Virus record (IMG/VR): IMGVR_UViG_3300046171_000106
Location: 1-63,196 of that record
DNA: 63,196 bases
Reading direction: 5' to 3' (one strand)
DNA from: a virus
Taxonomy: Duplodnaviria > Caudoviricetes
Numbering within the stretch: position 1 is the first letter of the stretch; every line of letters begins with the position of its first letter. Made by a program: the position numbers and the translations under genes. The notes beneath the pieces were generated by a model. The model was not told the origin of the DNA, did no database searches, and was given only the letters and a program-made list of their open reading frames with translations. Positions 42,501 to 52,510 of the stretch are shown here, piece after piece.

Positions 42501-44312
42501 AATTTGCATGTCCATTCTGTGCATAAGTTCCTATAAAGACAATAGAGTTTCCATTGAGACCTATGTTTGCAGCTCCTCGTACTTCTTCAAATACTGAGAA
42601 TGAAACATTACCACCTTGTGCAGTTATGTTCTGTGTTGCAGCTGCTCTTTTAACTCTTACTAATATTTTTTCTGCATCATAAACTAAAAGATTATTATGA
42701 TTATCTTTTCCAGAGAATGTAGTTTGTCCACCTGTTGCAGTGAATTCAAATGAACCAAATGTAGTTCCACTTTCTAAAAGTATATCACCAGATATAGAAG
42801 TAACCTCACCCAATGAAAGTGTTCCACCACTTCCTGTATTATCAAATACAACTAAGTCACCATCTTCGTATCCTGTACCTCTTTGTGATGGGTCTACTAA
42901 AACCTTTTCTACCTTACCATCTTCAATATTACCTACAAGTGTTTTTGCAAATTGACCTACACCAATTTCTGATTGTGGTAAATTAACTGTAACATTTTCT
43001 GATATAGAATACAATGACCCTTTTGAATTTTCTTCGGACTTCATTGCACCACCAATTACAGCTTCTGTTAAAGGTGTGTTTACTGTTTCTCTAACTAAGA
43101 TTGGTGTTCTACCATGGACTTCGTTATTACTATTGTCTACCTGTGTTCCTTCTTCTAATAAGAGAGATTATTGACATCTGGATTTACATTGTCTGTTTCA
43201 GTTTCTAATTGGAATGCTTCAGTATCATCTGATTCAGATGAGAAGAATCCTGTTCCAGTTCCAGACTCAAGTCTGACCATGACATTACTATTGTCTTCGT
43301 CAAGGTCTGAGACTATACCTCTTACTACTGCATTATGAAACTTAAGTTCTGTTTCTCTTGATTGTAATTCTATCTTATCACCAATGTCTAGTGAACCTAT
43401 GTAAGGCTCCATGATTACCACTCGGTAAACATTATCTCCTTCTCCAGAAGTTACTCTGGTGATTGTGTCTGCTTGTATATTTGTTACTACTCTACCTTGT
43501 TCTCTTTTTACAATTTTTCCTTTTGCATATTCGAGTAGATTTTTTTCTGAGAATAAATGTAATACTGTTGATTCTGTCCATTTGGATTCAGATGGTTTTA
43601 CAATGTTATCTCTAGGATATGCAATTTCTATGTCCTCACCATATAATACTCTAAACAAGAAATCATATGATGCCATACTACCTTTTGCAAGATAGATATT
43701 ATTAATGTGTTTTGCAAGTAATCTTTTATCTGCAATTATTTTTGTATCAATCGAAGGCATGAAGTCTTTTCGGAAGTATTCTAAAAAGTCTCCTGTTGTC
43801 TTATCTACATCTGCATAGTCTAACAGATTGTTTGCAGCGAACAATGCACCACCCTCAAAGGAATTAACCTTTGCAGTGTAATTACTGTTCTGACCAACGA
43901 TTGTTTCACCAAGTAAGAATTGTGACTCGGTAAATATTTCACAATAAAGTTTATTAGATGTATTTCCTATAACATCTATTCTTGCAGTTGCACCAGATGT
44001 TGACCCAACTACATATTCACCTATTTCCCAAGAACCAGTTTGTGTAGTTCCTAAAGAATTTTGTTCGTACAAGAATTTTGCTTTATCTAAAGGTGATGGA
44101 GAGAAGGTTGCAGTTTCTTGTAAGACTGAACCCTCTCCATCTTCTAATCCTATTGTCTCAAGGTCTGTACCTTGTTCAAAGATAAGAATACCTTTCTCAA
44201 GAAAGTCGAAGTATGCAGACATGAACTTTTTGAGTCCTTGTCCTTCCTCGTTGACATACTCTGGTAAGAGTTCATCAATCTGGTCTACTATCCTGTCATT
44301 GAGAATTGGCAT
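39496..44312 (-). CDS. gp7: baseplate wedge initiator gp7-like (frameshift near 43160)
   Basis: LPEY...F..AYF.FLE, Y..KG...SY..LFR.LY, IQDS.FYQDFSYVIK, P.G...FG; between gp6 and gp8. Confidence 0.8.
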
Positions 44313-44324
44313 TACTAATTATCC

Positions 44325-44792
44325 TTATGCAATAGTGTAAGAATTACCACCAATAACAACCCAACCATAAGTTGAACCTGTGTACAACATTTGTACACTG
44401 TCACCAGCTGTATCAAGTTGCACATATGAACCACCAGTAAAAGTACCAGATGGAGTTATTCTTGCATTAGCACCACCATCGGATACTAGACAAAAATATT
44501 TAACTTGACCTGTTGAACCATTTCCTAAAGTTAGGATATCAGTTCCACTTGAACTTGAAGTTATATAATGTCCGAACTTACCTACTGTTGCAGTTGCAGC
44601 GTTTGAACTGAATGTTACAGCTTCAGCTGATTGTGCAAAACCAAGGTAGTCTGGAAGGTTATTTAAAACATTACTGACTGTAACCTTTTTGTTTACTGGA
44701 GTACCAGAAGGGTCGTCAATAACATGAAGCAAGTCTTCACCTGCGATGCCTGTCCCTAAGTCGGACAATGCTGTTACTTTTTTATCTGCCAT
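44325..44792 (-). CDS. virion structural protein
   Basis: ADKKVTAL..L...DLL.V.DDP.GTP.NKK N-terminus. Confidence 0.65.
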   Translation of the reverse strand: MADKKVTALSDLGTGIAGEDLLHVIDDPSGTPVNKKVTVSNVLNNLPDYLGFAQSAEAVTFSSNAATATVGKFGHYITSSSSGTDILTLGNGSTGQVKYFCLVSDGGANARITPSGTFTGGSYVQLDTAGDSVQMLYTGSTYGWVVIGGNSYTIA

Positions 44793-44818
44793 TTTTATTT
44801 CCTCTCTAAATTAGCATG

Positions 44819-44840
44819 TTAAAAACCCACAACATGTGGG
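44819..44840 (-). terminator. possible terminator after gp6
   Basis: CCCACA-TGT-TGTGGG followed by TTTT on minus strand. Confidence 0.45.
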
Positions 44841-44873
44841 AATGTTACTTCGTGCATATACACGAATCATAGT

Positions 44874-46745
44874 TTAGGAGTAACTAGATGAGGATGTATA
44901 TCCCACCCCAGCACTCGTATCACCAGAGGCAATGGTGTCTGTTGCACCAGTTACCTTTATCAATGACGAGTTGATGTCTAGAAGATTACTTCTATATGCA
45001 ACACTGTCATATGAATTCGGATTCACTGTAAAGTGAATTGTGTCATCGGTATTATCTGTTTCTATAATGTTAATACCATTTACTGTTATTTTACCATTTG
45101 AATAGTCTACTATCCCTGCTTGGGAATCTGCATAAACTCTTGTTGAACCACTTAGAGAATATCGTCTTAGATTACTTTCTCCATCATCATCAAAATAGAA
45201 TATCTCGGTGAATCCAGATACTTTGAAACCTGTAGTTTCTAAAATACCACCACCATGTTTGTTATGTCCTGTATGTGGATTATAAAATCCATTACCTTCT
45301 CCATAATCTACCTCATATCCTTTGGATTGACCAAAAGTAGGAGTCACAGTTTTTCTAAGTTTGACAGTTGTAATATTCGAAAGAATCGAAGATTCTGCAC
45401 TGTCTATGTCTTTTGCTAGAACTGAGTGCCTAAAGATACTATCAAACCCACTTAGGTAAGTACTGTCATGTGTAATGATTGCAGCTCTTACAAGTGTTTC
45501 TAGTTCAGAGACAGTTTTAGTTGTTGCTCTAGGATTGAACTTAAATGTAGTTGTCACTAGGATATCTATAATATCTGCATCAATTATTTCTGGTCTGACT
45601 GTTAACATATTTAGTCTTCTCATCTTGTCTCTTAATAAAGTTTTTTCAGATGAGGTTAATTTATTTACATTTTGTGAAGGTTTAATTGCAATGAATATCT
45701 TTCCATATTGTGGTGGATTGTTATCTTCACCACCCCAGACTGATATAGAATCTGCGCCAGGATATAGGGTTTGCAATTTAGATTTATAATCATCTACTGT
45801 TACTAATCTGTTTTGTGAGGTATAGAATTTAGAGGCTGCAAATCTTATTGATTCAATTCCTTCTTTATCCTTACCACCAGATGATGCAGTTTTATTAATT
45901 AAAGTTACATCTGAATTACCACCAATTGAATCGGTCATTGAGAATACATTTGCACCTTCTGTATGGGTTGCATTTGTTACTAAGTATGATATAGTTATTG
46001 TATCACCATCTAAAGGTTCTGCACTAATAATACCATCACCAAAATATACTTCAAATAGTCCTTGGTCATTTTCTTGAACATACCATACTTTACTATCTTT
46101 GTCCACTGAACTAATATCTACTGATTGTGACCAAGAAGAAGTAGAACCACCTGTTGATGATACTGTAACTGTAATACTTGTTGTATCAACTAACTCTTCT
46201 GATAATGAAAATCTTTGGTTCTGTATTTGTCCATTGTATGCAAAGATATCAGAGTTCATTGTTCCTTGATATAACTCAAGATTTTCGAATTTAAATACAC
46301 CATTTAATGGAGATATTGTTTGTGATTCTAAAAGAACATATGGAAATACGAATCCATCATAAGTCGTTTTAAATTTGTGTCCTCTATTAAGAGTTAATGA
46401 TGTTGGAACTTCTCCACCAATCAAAGGATTGTTTACCTGTAAATCTATTGTTGCCATAGAGGCAGTTGCACTAGTTGGAGTATATCCAATTTCTTTTGCA
46501 CGAGAAACTACATTCTTTCTTATTTGTGCAGTATCCAAGAACAACTCAGATGCAACCATGTTTGCATTGAAAGCTGATACATGTGAACTGTATGCAAGAA
46601 GGTCTATTAATAAACTAATATTACTTCCTTCAAAGTTGTAGTCTTTAAGAGTTGATTGACCCTTAAGATATTCTTTTAAATTTGATGCAATATCATCGAA
46701 ATCTAAATCGGTGATATTGACTTGTGAACTTTTTACTGTTGCCAT
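44874..46745 (-). CDS. gp6: baseplate wedge protein gp6
   Basis: LDFD.I...L, DYNFEGS, E.FLDTA..R, QNR.VT..DY, WGGE.N.PP.YG. Confidence 0.95.
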   Translation of the reverse strand: MATVKSSQVNITDLDFDDIASNLKEYLKGQSTLKDYNFEGSNISLLIDLLAYSSHVSAFNANMVASELFLDTAQIRKNVVSRAKEIGYTPTSATASMATIDLQVNNPLIGGEVPTSLTLNRGHKFKTTYDGFVFPYVLLESQTISPLNGVFKFENLELYQGTMNSDIFAYNGQIQNQRFSLSEELVDTTSITVTVSSTGGSTSSWSQSVDISSVDKDSKVWYVQENDQGLFEVYFGDGIISAEPLDGDTITISYLVTNATHTEGANVFSMTDSIGGNSDVTLINKTASSGGKDKEGIESIRFAASKFYTSQNRLVTVDDYKSKLQTLYPGADSISVWGGEDNNPPQYGKIFIAIKPSQNVNKLTSSEKTLLRDKMRRLNMLTVRPEIIDADIIDILVTTTFKFNPRATTKTVSELETLVRAAIITHDSTYLSGFDSIFRHSVLAKDIDSAESSILSNITTVKLRKTVTPTFGQSKGYEVDYGEGNGFYNPHTGHNKHGGGILETTGFKVSGFTEIFYFDDDGESNLRRYSLSGSTRVYADSQAGIVDYSNGKITVNGINIIETDNTDDTIHFTVNPNSYDSVAYRSNLLDINSSLIKVTGATDTIASGDTSAGVGYTSSSSYS

Positions 46746-47164
46746 TATCTTACTCTCTGTAATATTACTTCTAATTCTTGTGGTTCTTTAACACCTACAA
46801 CACCATAATGAAGATTGACATGCATAGTGTTATTCCTACTGTTAGTTAGATATATTTCTTCTACTCTAACTCTAGGTTCTAACATTGTTAATGCATCAAT
46901 TATTTGATTTCTTATTTCTGTTTTTGTCATGTCGTCTGCAAGTTCAAATAGGAGTCCCCTAAGATTTGCACCAAAGTTTGGTTTGAAAGGTCTCTCAAAA
47001 TTGTTGGTCAACATGATATTTCTTACTGACCTTTTTACTGCTTCTTTATCTTGTTTCAAAACTAAATCACCAGACGAAGGGTGTGGTGTGATATTTAAAT
47101 CCATATCTGTATACCACTGTCGTGCAGTAATCTTGTTTTTGTTTTGTAGATAATTGTCACTCAT
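46745..47164 (-). CDS. gp25: baseplate wedge protein gp25
   Basis: AVKRSV.N...T...ERPF.P.FG, LFE, EPRV. Confidence 0.93.
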   Translation of the reverse strand: MSDNYLQNKNKITARQWYTDMDLNITPHPSSGDLVLKQDKEAVKRSVRNIMLTNNFERPFKPNFGANLRGLLFELADDMTKTEIRNQIIDALTMLEPRVRVEEIYLTNSRNNTMHVNLHYGVVGVKEPQELEVILQRVR

Positions 47165-47172
47165 AATAGTAT

Positions 47173-48243
47173 TTATGCACCTTCAACGACTAGTTCTACA
47201 ACATCTATTTGTTTTGGGAAACCAATTACTGTTAAGAATGTACATAGAGTAAATGGTATTGGTATTTCTACTGGTATAAAGAATTTAATAAGTTCAGTAA
47301 GTTTTGCAAGACAAGCTTCAAATAATATTTGAGGTAGGTCTTTTATAAATGTTTTAAACCTTTCAAATAATCTTTGTTCATCCCACCTAGGAAAGTTTAT
47401 TTCTTTTTTCTCTCTTTTATCTAAGTCAATTAAATCACCTAGGGTCTCTGGTAAGACATCTTCCAGTCCTAACATCTCTGCTGGTATTTCTGATACAAAA
47501 GGTATTTCTGTTTGTTTTAATAACTCAATTAATTCTAATCCTTCTTTCTCTGCTTGTTCTCTTAACTTTCTAAATAATGTATCTGCATCAAACTCATATC
47601 CACCTTTAGGAAAGGATGCAATTAATTCTAAGAAGAATCCTATAGGGTCTGGTAAAGTTTCTATAATAGTTTTTAATGGTTCTTTATCTAATAGTTTTCC
47701 TATTGCACTAAATCCACCAGTCATTACTATTTTTTTAATCTCCTCAATCATTTCTTTCCATGCTTTAGATAATTTAATCTGAGGACTATCAATACCAAAC
47801 TCACCATTCCAATTCTCTGCACTAAAAGTTTCCATAAGTGAGTCTATTGCATCTAAACCTAGACTCTCTTCTAACTCTTGAAGGAGTTCTGCCTTATAGC
47901 CAGGGTCTTCAAATAGTTTTTTACAGTCTACTGTTATTCCAAATGGTGGAACAACAAACTCTAATGGTACTGCAAGAAACTCTGCAATCTTTACCATCGG
48001 ATATAATTTAAATTCTTCGATGATAGCTTGTATTTTACCTTCCCATTCTAGTTCTGGAATGTCTAAATCTTTGGGCCAAGTATGAGATAAAGGAAATGCA
48101 CCTAATAATTCTTCGATGGGTTTAATATATTCCCATCCATAAGTATTACCTATCTCTATTATTATTTTTTCTAGGTCATCGGCACTTGGAATTAATACTT
48201 CTGGACAGTCGACTGCAACTGATTTTTTATTTTCTTCGGACAT
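47173..48243 (-). CDS. hypothetical acidic helical protein between gp5 and gp25
   Basis: 356-aa ORF coupled to the gp5 stop. Confidence 0.6.
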   Translation of the reverse strand: MSEENKKSVAVDCPEVLIPSADDLEKIIIEIGNTYGWEYIKPIEELLGAFPLSHTWPKDLDIPELEWEGKIQAIIEEFKLYPMVKIAEFLAVPLEFVVPPFGITVDCKKLFEDPGYKAELLQELEESLGLDAIDSLMETFSAENWNGEFGIDSPQIKLSKAWKEMIEEIKKIVMTGGFSAIGKLLDKEPLKTIIETLPDPIGFFLELIASFPKGGYEFDADTLFRKLREQAEKEGLELIELLKQTEIPFVSEIPAEMLGLEDVLPETLGDLIDLDKREKKEINFPRWDEQRLFERFKTFIKDLPQILFEACLAKLTELIKFFIPVEIPIPFTLCTFLTVIGFPKQIDVVELVVEGA

Positions 48244-49327
48244 TAATCAAATGCAGTACCATTTAATGATACTTTACCTTTTATTCTAATTGCTTTATCT
48301 GGATTAGTTGTAGTTAAATCAATATTTCCACCATGTGCAGTGAATTTAATTGAACCACCATCTTCTGATTTACCTTTATATGCATTTATATTATAATTAC
48401 CATTAGATAATTCAATATCTGCACTACCAGCTATTAATACTTTTTTATCTTTTAATATTATTTCGTAATTATTATTTGCAACCTTCATAGTCATGTCACC
48501 ATCTCGGAGAAATTCTATTCTACTACCAGTTCGGTGATATAAATGTATTCTTTCTGCATTTGGAGTATCATCTAGTTCTAAAACATGACCAGATTCACTC
48601 TCAATCATTTTATTAAATGGATAACTAGGAGAAACACTTAAACGAGTCGGTTCTTTGACTGATGTACCTTCATGTTTTATAATAACATCATTCGGATAGG
48701 TTGCACTTGACCCAGTAATTGCATTTTCATTGACATCAGACTTAGATTCTGAGGAATATGAGACTCTAGGATACCTTTCACCAGATTCTTTCGGTTCTAT
48801 AGTCGTACCTTTTCCATCAACTGGGTTATTTAAGGTTAAAGTCGGTCTTCCCAGTGGTGCAGTGTCTAATGCACCTATTAAACTAAAGTTTCTACCATTG
48901 GCAGGTTTATCACTACTTGTTTCATAGTCAGTTTGAGTCCCTCGTCTGGGGTCGTTGAAACCTTCATCGGCACTACGGCTTATTTTTTTGGTTACATCAT
49001 TGTTCGGTATCTTATAAGAGTCGTTTGGTCGTCCAAAAAGACTACCCATAACGACAAAATCTTGCATATCTTCTCATCTCGGAAGAATCCCATGACTGTA
49101 GAACCTTCTACCAGTCCATGAGGAGACAAACCAAGTCCAGAAAGACTCGGAGAAGTGGTCGGCATAAGGATATCAGACCATGGAAGGTCTGGAGTCGGTA
49201 TTAAAAGTTTGTCATCGGTGTGTAAACCATAGACTCGGACACGAACTCGACCCAAATATAGTGGGTCATGTCGGTCTTCGACCACTCCAGTGTAAAAATT
49301 ACTACTTAATCCTGTAAAACCTATCAT
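48243..49327 (-). CDS. gp5: baseplate hub / central spike gp5 without a lysozyme domain (frameshift near 49072)
   Basis: GVVEDR.DP..LGRVRVR..G.H, LPW, G.F.D (OB fold); YPFN...ESESGH..E.DDTP..ERI..YH..G. Confidence 0.88.
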
Positions 49328-49427
49328 TTTCCTTCTCTTTTAACCCTTTTTTATATCCATCCTTCCATATAAAGTACACCATAGGTACTAATACTAACAT
49401 ATGAAAGAATATTACTGTATTACTCAT
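49302..49427 (-). CDS. 41-aa single-TM protein; not in ORF track
   Basis: MSNTVIFFHMLVLVPMVYFIWKDGYKKGLKEKENDRFYRIK; overlaps the gp5 start. Confidence 0.5.
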   Translation of the reverse strand: MSNTVIFFHMLVLVPMVYFIWKDGYKKGLKEKENDRFYRIK

Positions 49428-49460
49428 GTCAATCCCAATAGTTCCCTATAAAGTCGGTCT

Positions 49461-49802
49461 TTAGGGTCGATTATTTTTATTTTCGGTGTATGATTTAGAT
49501 GGAAGAGTCTCATTATTCTCATCATACTGTACATAAGAACAAATAATCAGTTCATCACCTACATCGGTTAAATGGGCACCAGCACCATTGACTGATACCT
49601 CATTTGAACCTCTTGGTAATGGTAGGACATATGTCGTATGTCGGTTACCATTTGTTTTATTATATACATCTACCTGTTCATGGACTAGGAGTCCCACCTC
49701 ATCCATCCAGTTTTCGTCAATTAATATACTACCTTCGTAGTCTAAGTCTACATCGGTGCAGATACAACCATGTATCTTTGCACCTAATAAAGTTCTAATC
49801 AT
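49461..49802 (-). CDS. panD: aspartate 1-decarboxylase (pyruvoyl-dependent)
   Basis: KIH, YEG/S self-cleavage site, NG.R..TY, NGA.AHL...GD..II. Confidence 0.92.
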   Translation of the reverse strand: MIRTLLGAKIHGCICTDVDLDYEGSILIDENWMDEVGLLVHEQVDVYNKTNGNRHTTYVLPLPRGSNEVSVNGAGAHLTDVGDELIICSYVQYDENNETLPSKSYTENKNNRP

Positions 49803-49805
49803 AAT

Positions 49806-49967
49806 TTATATCCAACACACTGGGTAAACACACCAATAGGGATTAAATATCCCCATCATCCATAAGACTAGGAGTCCCATGAGTATTTGCACCCATAATT
49901 TATCTTTAGACCACTCTCTAAACCTTAGAGCATGTGGTGCTAGTTTATTATATATCCAATTAGTCAT
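49806..49967 (-). CDS. 53-aa membrane protein; not in ORF track
   Basis: MTNWIYNKLAPHALRFREWSKDKLWVQILMGLLVLWMMGIFNPYWCVYPVCWI. Confidence 0.6.
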   Translation of the reverse strand: MTNWIYNKLAPHALRFREWSKDKLWVQILMGLLVLWMMGIFNPYWCVYPVCWI

Positions 49968-49973
49968 AATATT

Positions 49974-50114
49974 TTAAAACATCCATACTATAATAGATGT
50001 AAAGATTACACCTTTCATAAAACAAAACCATGATAAGGTATATTCATCCATACCAGTAATGTCCATCAAATCGATTAACATTCTTCTATGTGAGTCTATT
50101 ATATTCTTAATCAT
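49974..50114 (-). CDS. 46-aa membrane protein; not in ORF track
   Basis: MIKNIIDSHRRMLIDLMDITGMDEYTLSWFCFMKGVIFTSIIVWMF; GAGG SD; late promoter at 50133-50140. Confidence 0.6.
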   Translation of the reverse strand: MIKNIIDSHRRMLIDLMDITGMDEYTLSWFCFMKGVIFTSIIVWMF

Positions 50115-50270
50115 ATTATTTCCTCTTATTGTTATTTATAGGAGTCCCAGAAGAATATCTAGGAGTCCCATCATAATAAAATAGCTTTTCCTAGGAAAAA
50201 CTGCCCAAGACATTATAGGGGGTAGCAATGCCCGCCCAAAATAAGTCTAGGAGTCCCAAAACACTGTCCT

Positions 50271-51780
50271 TTAGTATTGTGAGTCTGCTTCCATACCCTC
50301 GAAGGTGTCTGGATTAACTTGGTGTCCATCTGTGGTGCATGAGAGTTGTAATTCTAAGCCATCTCTTGTCCCTGTCCATGTAATACTCTCTACGAGTAAC
50401 TTACCATTATGTTGTAGTTCGTCTCTCTCTCCACCTACTGTAGTGGGTTGTGGTATATCTACATGGATGACCATACCAGCACTTATATTGGTTCTACCAG
50501 ATATCTGGAGATTAACTCTATTCAGTTCGAATAACCTCTCTACTCTACCTCTATTAAACTTGACATGGCTTCCACCACTTGTTATACTATTCCCATCAGC
50601 TTCTGCTTTATTACTAAAGGTATGTGGTACATTATAATCAAAAGAGATAGCCGCTCCAAACCTTTCTGTAATAGGGTCTCCATTCAATGCAGTAGGAGCT
50701 ACTCCCATCACCTCTCCCTCAGCGGCTCCATCGTCTGGTACTCTAATGTTCTCTGCACCTAGTCTAAAGGGTGGTGCAACTGCAAGACCTTTCTTATAGT
50801 TCTTATCCTCTAGTTCAAACTGTTGAGTAAACTGACTAGGGATAACTGTGATTTGTTTGTTGATTGTGTCGTAAGAATGCACTGTGCCTGCATATAAACC
50901 CCCAGAATGACCCAGAAGGGTATCATAGAGGTTCTCTTTATTGTAGGATAGGATATCATTACCTACACCCTTAGAGTAGTCATAGTTCTGAGAGAGCTCT
51001 ACTGAACTATCTCTGGGACTAAACTCTACTGCACCATCCAGATACACGATAGTTTGCATGGTATCTATATTACAGAACCTAAACCCACTTAGAGCAGTCT
51101 GATAGAAGTAGTAAGAATCCCCATAAGGATGACTGTCATCAGCACTGGTGTGGTCTCTCAACCACTCTAAGGTCTTATAGATACTCCAATTAGGACAGAG
51201 AAACCCAGAGACATCTCCCACATTACTATCGAATACTGAGAAGAAGTTACCGAGTTCCTGCCCCCCCCTTCACACGCGGTTTCAAGAACTTTCCATCACT
51301 CTCAGTCTCAACGAAATTTAATTCTTCCTTACATATTTTATTTAATATATCCCCAGATTTACCTCTAAATACTCTGGATAGTCTCTTAGTTCTTGCCTCA
51401 TATAATAAAGGAGAACAGAAATCTAACTGATAAAGAGTCCTTGAGAGGTCTTCTGAGGTATCTCTAAGGTAAGTAGAGACATTAAATACACGAAATACTT
51501 GATTTATTTGTTCGTCTTCTGGTACTTCTTCCTCATTACCCTGTACACCACTGAAATGTATTCGAATATATTCTTGACCAGTAATATTTAATCGATTAAA
51601 TACATTAATATTGTCTGCAATCGTAATACTACCTGTAAGGAACATCTGATAGATACTCTCAGTAATACTAAAAGAGTCTACAAGGTTACTTACATCTATC
51701 TGATTACCCTCTTGATTACTGATAACTACACTGATTAACCTATAAGAATTAGGTTGATTATTACCTATTGATTGTGCCAT
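50271..51780 (-). CDS. baseplate hub protein (gp27-like); frameshift in the C8 run near 51265
   Basis: I.ESI....TG.I...D and L.I.GQE motifs; between gp53 and gp5; C-terminal ISG...AG.V and G..LV. Confidence 0.65.
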
Positions 51781-51781
51781 A

Positions 51782-52510
51782 TTAAGACCTTATGAAGGAT
51801 TTAAACTCTCTGAGTAGTTGTGAGGTATACTCTGGTTTGATGTATCTGATGTTTCTTTTATCGTCATTAAACTTTTGCTCGAAGTCGTGGTTAGTTACTG
51901 GTGTATTACCTGTACTTATGGTAGTTTTATTACCCTCTGAGTCCTCGTAATGATGTGGTGAGTCTGAAAAATTCCGAACCGAATTAATAGTGAAACTCTT
52001 CGAGCTGTTGCTACCTGTGACTGTTTCTCCTACTACGAAGTTGCCTTGTATATCGTTTAATACTAGTTGTTTATTGGTTGGGTCTATGTTAGTGACGAAT
52101 CCGAAGGCCGAACTGGTAGAACCTACTACCTTTTCCCCTTGCAGAAATTTGCTGTCCGAACTGAGTACGATGTCCGACTGCTGTTGACTCACTAATGCTT
52201 TACCAGAATACTTTCTTTTAATGAATTTCTCTAGTACTCTCTGAGACTTGGGCCAATCATTATGTACTGCAAGATGTGGATTAACCATCCAGAATAACCA
52301 ATATAAGGTTGCATCACCATATAACTTGGATGCAGTTACATCTGGTCTATCTTGGTCTTGTATCTGATAGAATTCATACCCTGTAATACCTTCATCTGAA
52401 TTACTTTGAACACGAATACTACGAAAGATATCCTTTGCTTGAATTAAATTACCATCGTTCTTAAGGTCGAAATCAATGGTTGGAAAATGTTTAAAATATT
52501 GTTCTGGCAT
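51782..52510 (-). CDS. gp53: baseplate wedge protein gp53
   Basis: YF..FP, RPD..A..LYGD...YW, N...DWP, HHY, N..KR.I. Confidence 0.9.
   Translation of the reverse strand: MPEQYFKHFPTIDFDLKNDGNLIQAKDIFRSIRVQSNSDEGITGYEFYQIQDQDRPDVTASKLYGDATLYWLFWMVNPHLAVHNDWPKSQRVLEKFIKRKYSGKALVSQQQSDIVLSSDSKFLQGEKVVGSTSSAFGFVTNIDPTNKQLVLNDIQGNFVVGETVTGSNSSKSFTINSVRNFSDSPHHYEDSEGNKTTISTGNTPVTNHDFEQKFNDDKRNIRYIKPEYTSQLLREFKSFIRS

Larger units (their letters stand above)
49685..50258. repeat. five direct copies of (C)TAGGAGTCCCA
   Basis: At 49685, 49868, 50139, 50159 and 50247, all in the same orientation. Confidence 0.9.

Noticed and set aside
49685-50258. TAGGAGTCCCA repeats as a mini-CRISPR or as SD sites
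   Set aside because: The repeat is only 11-12 nt with irregular spacing, and GGAG is on the non-coding strand
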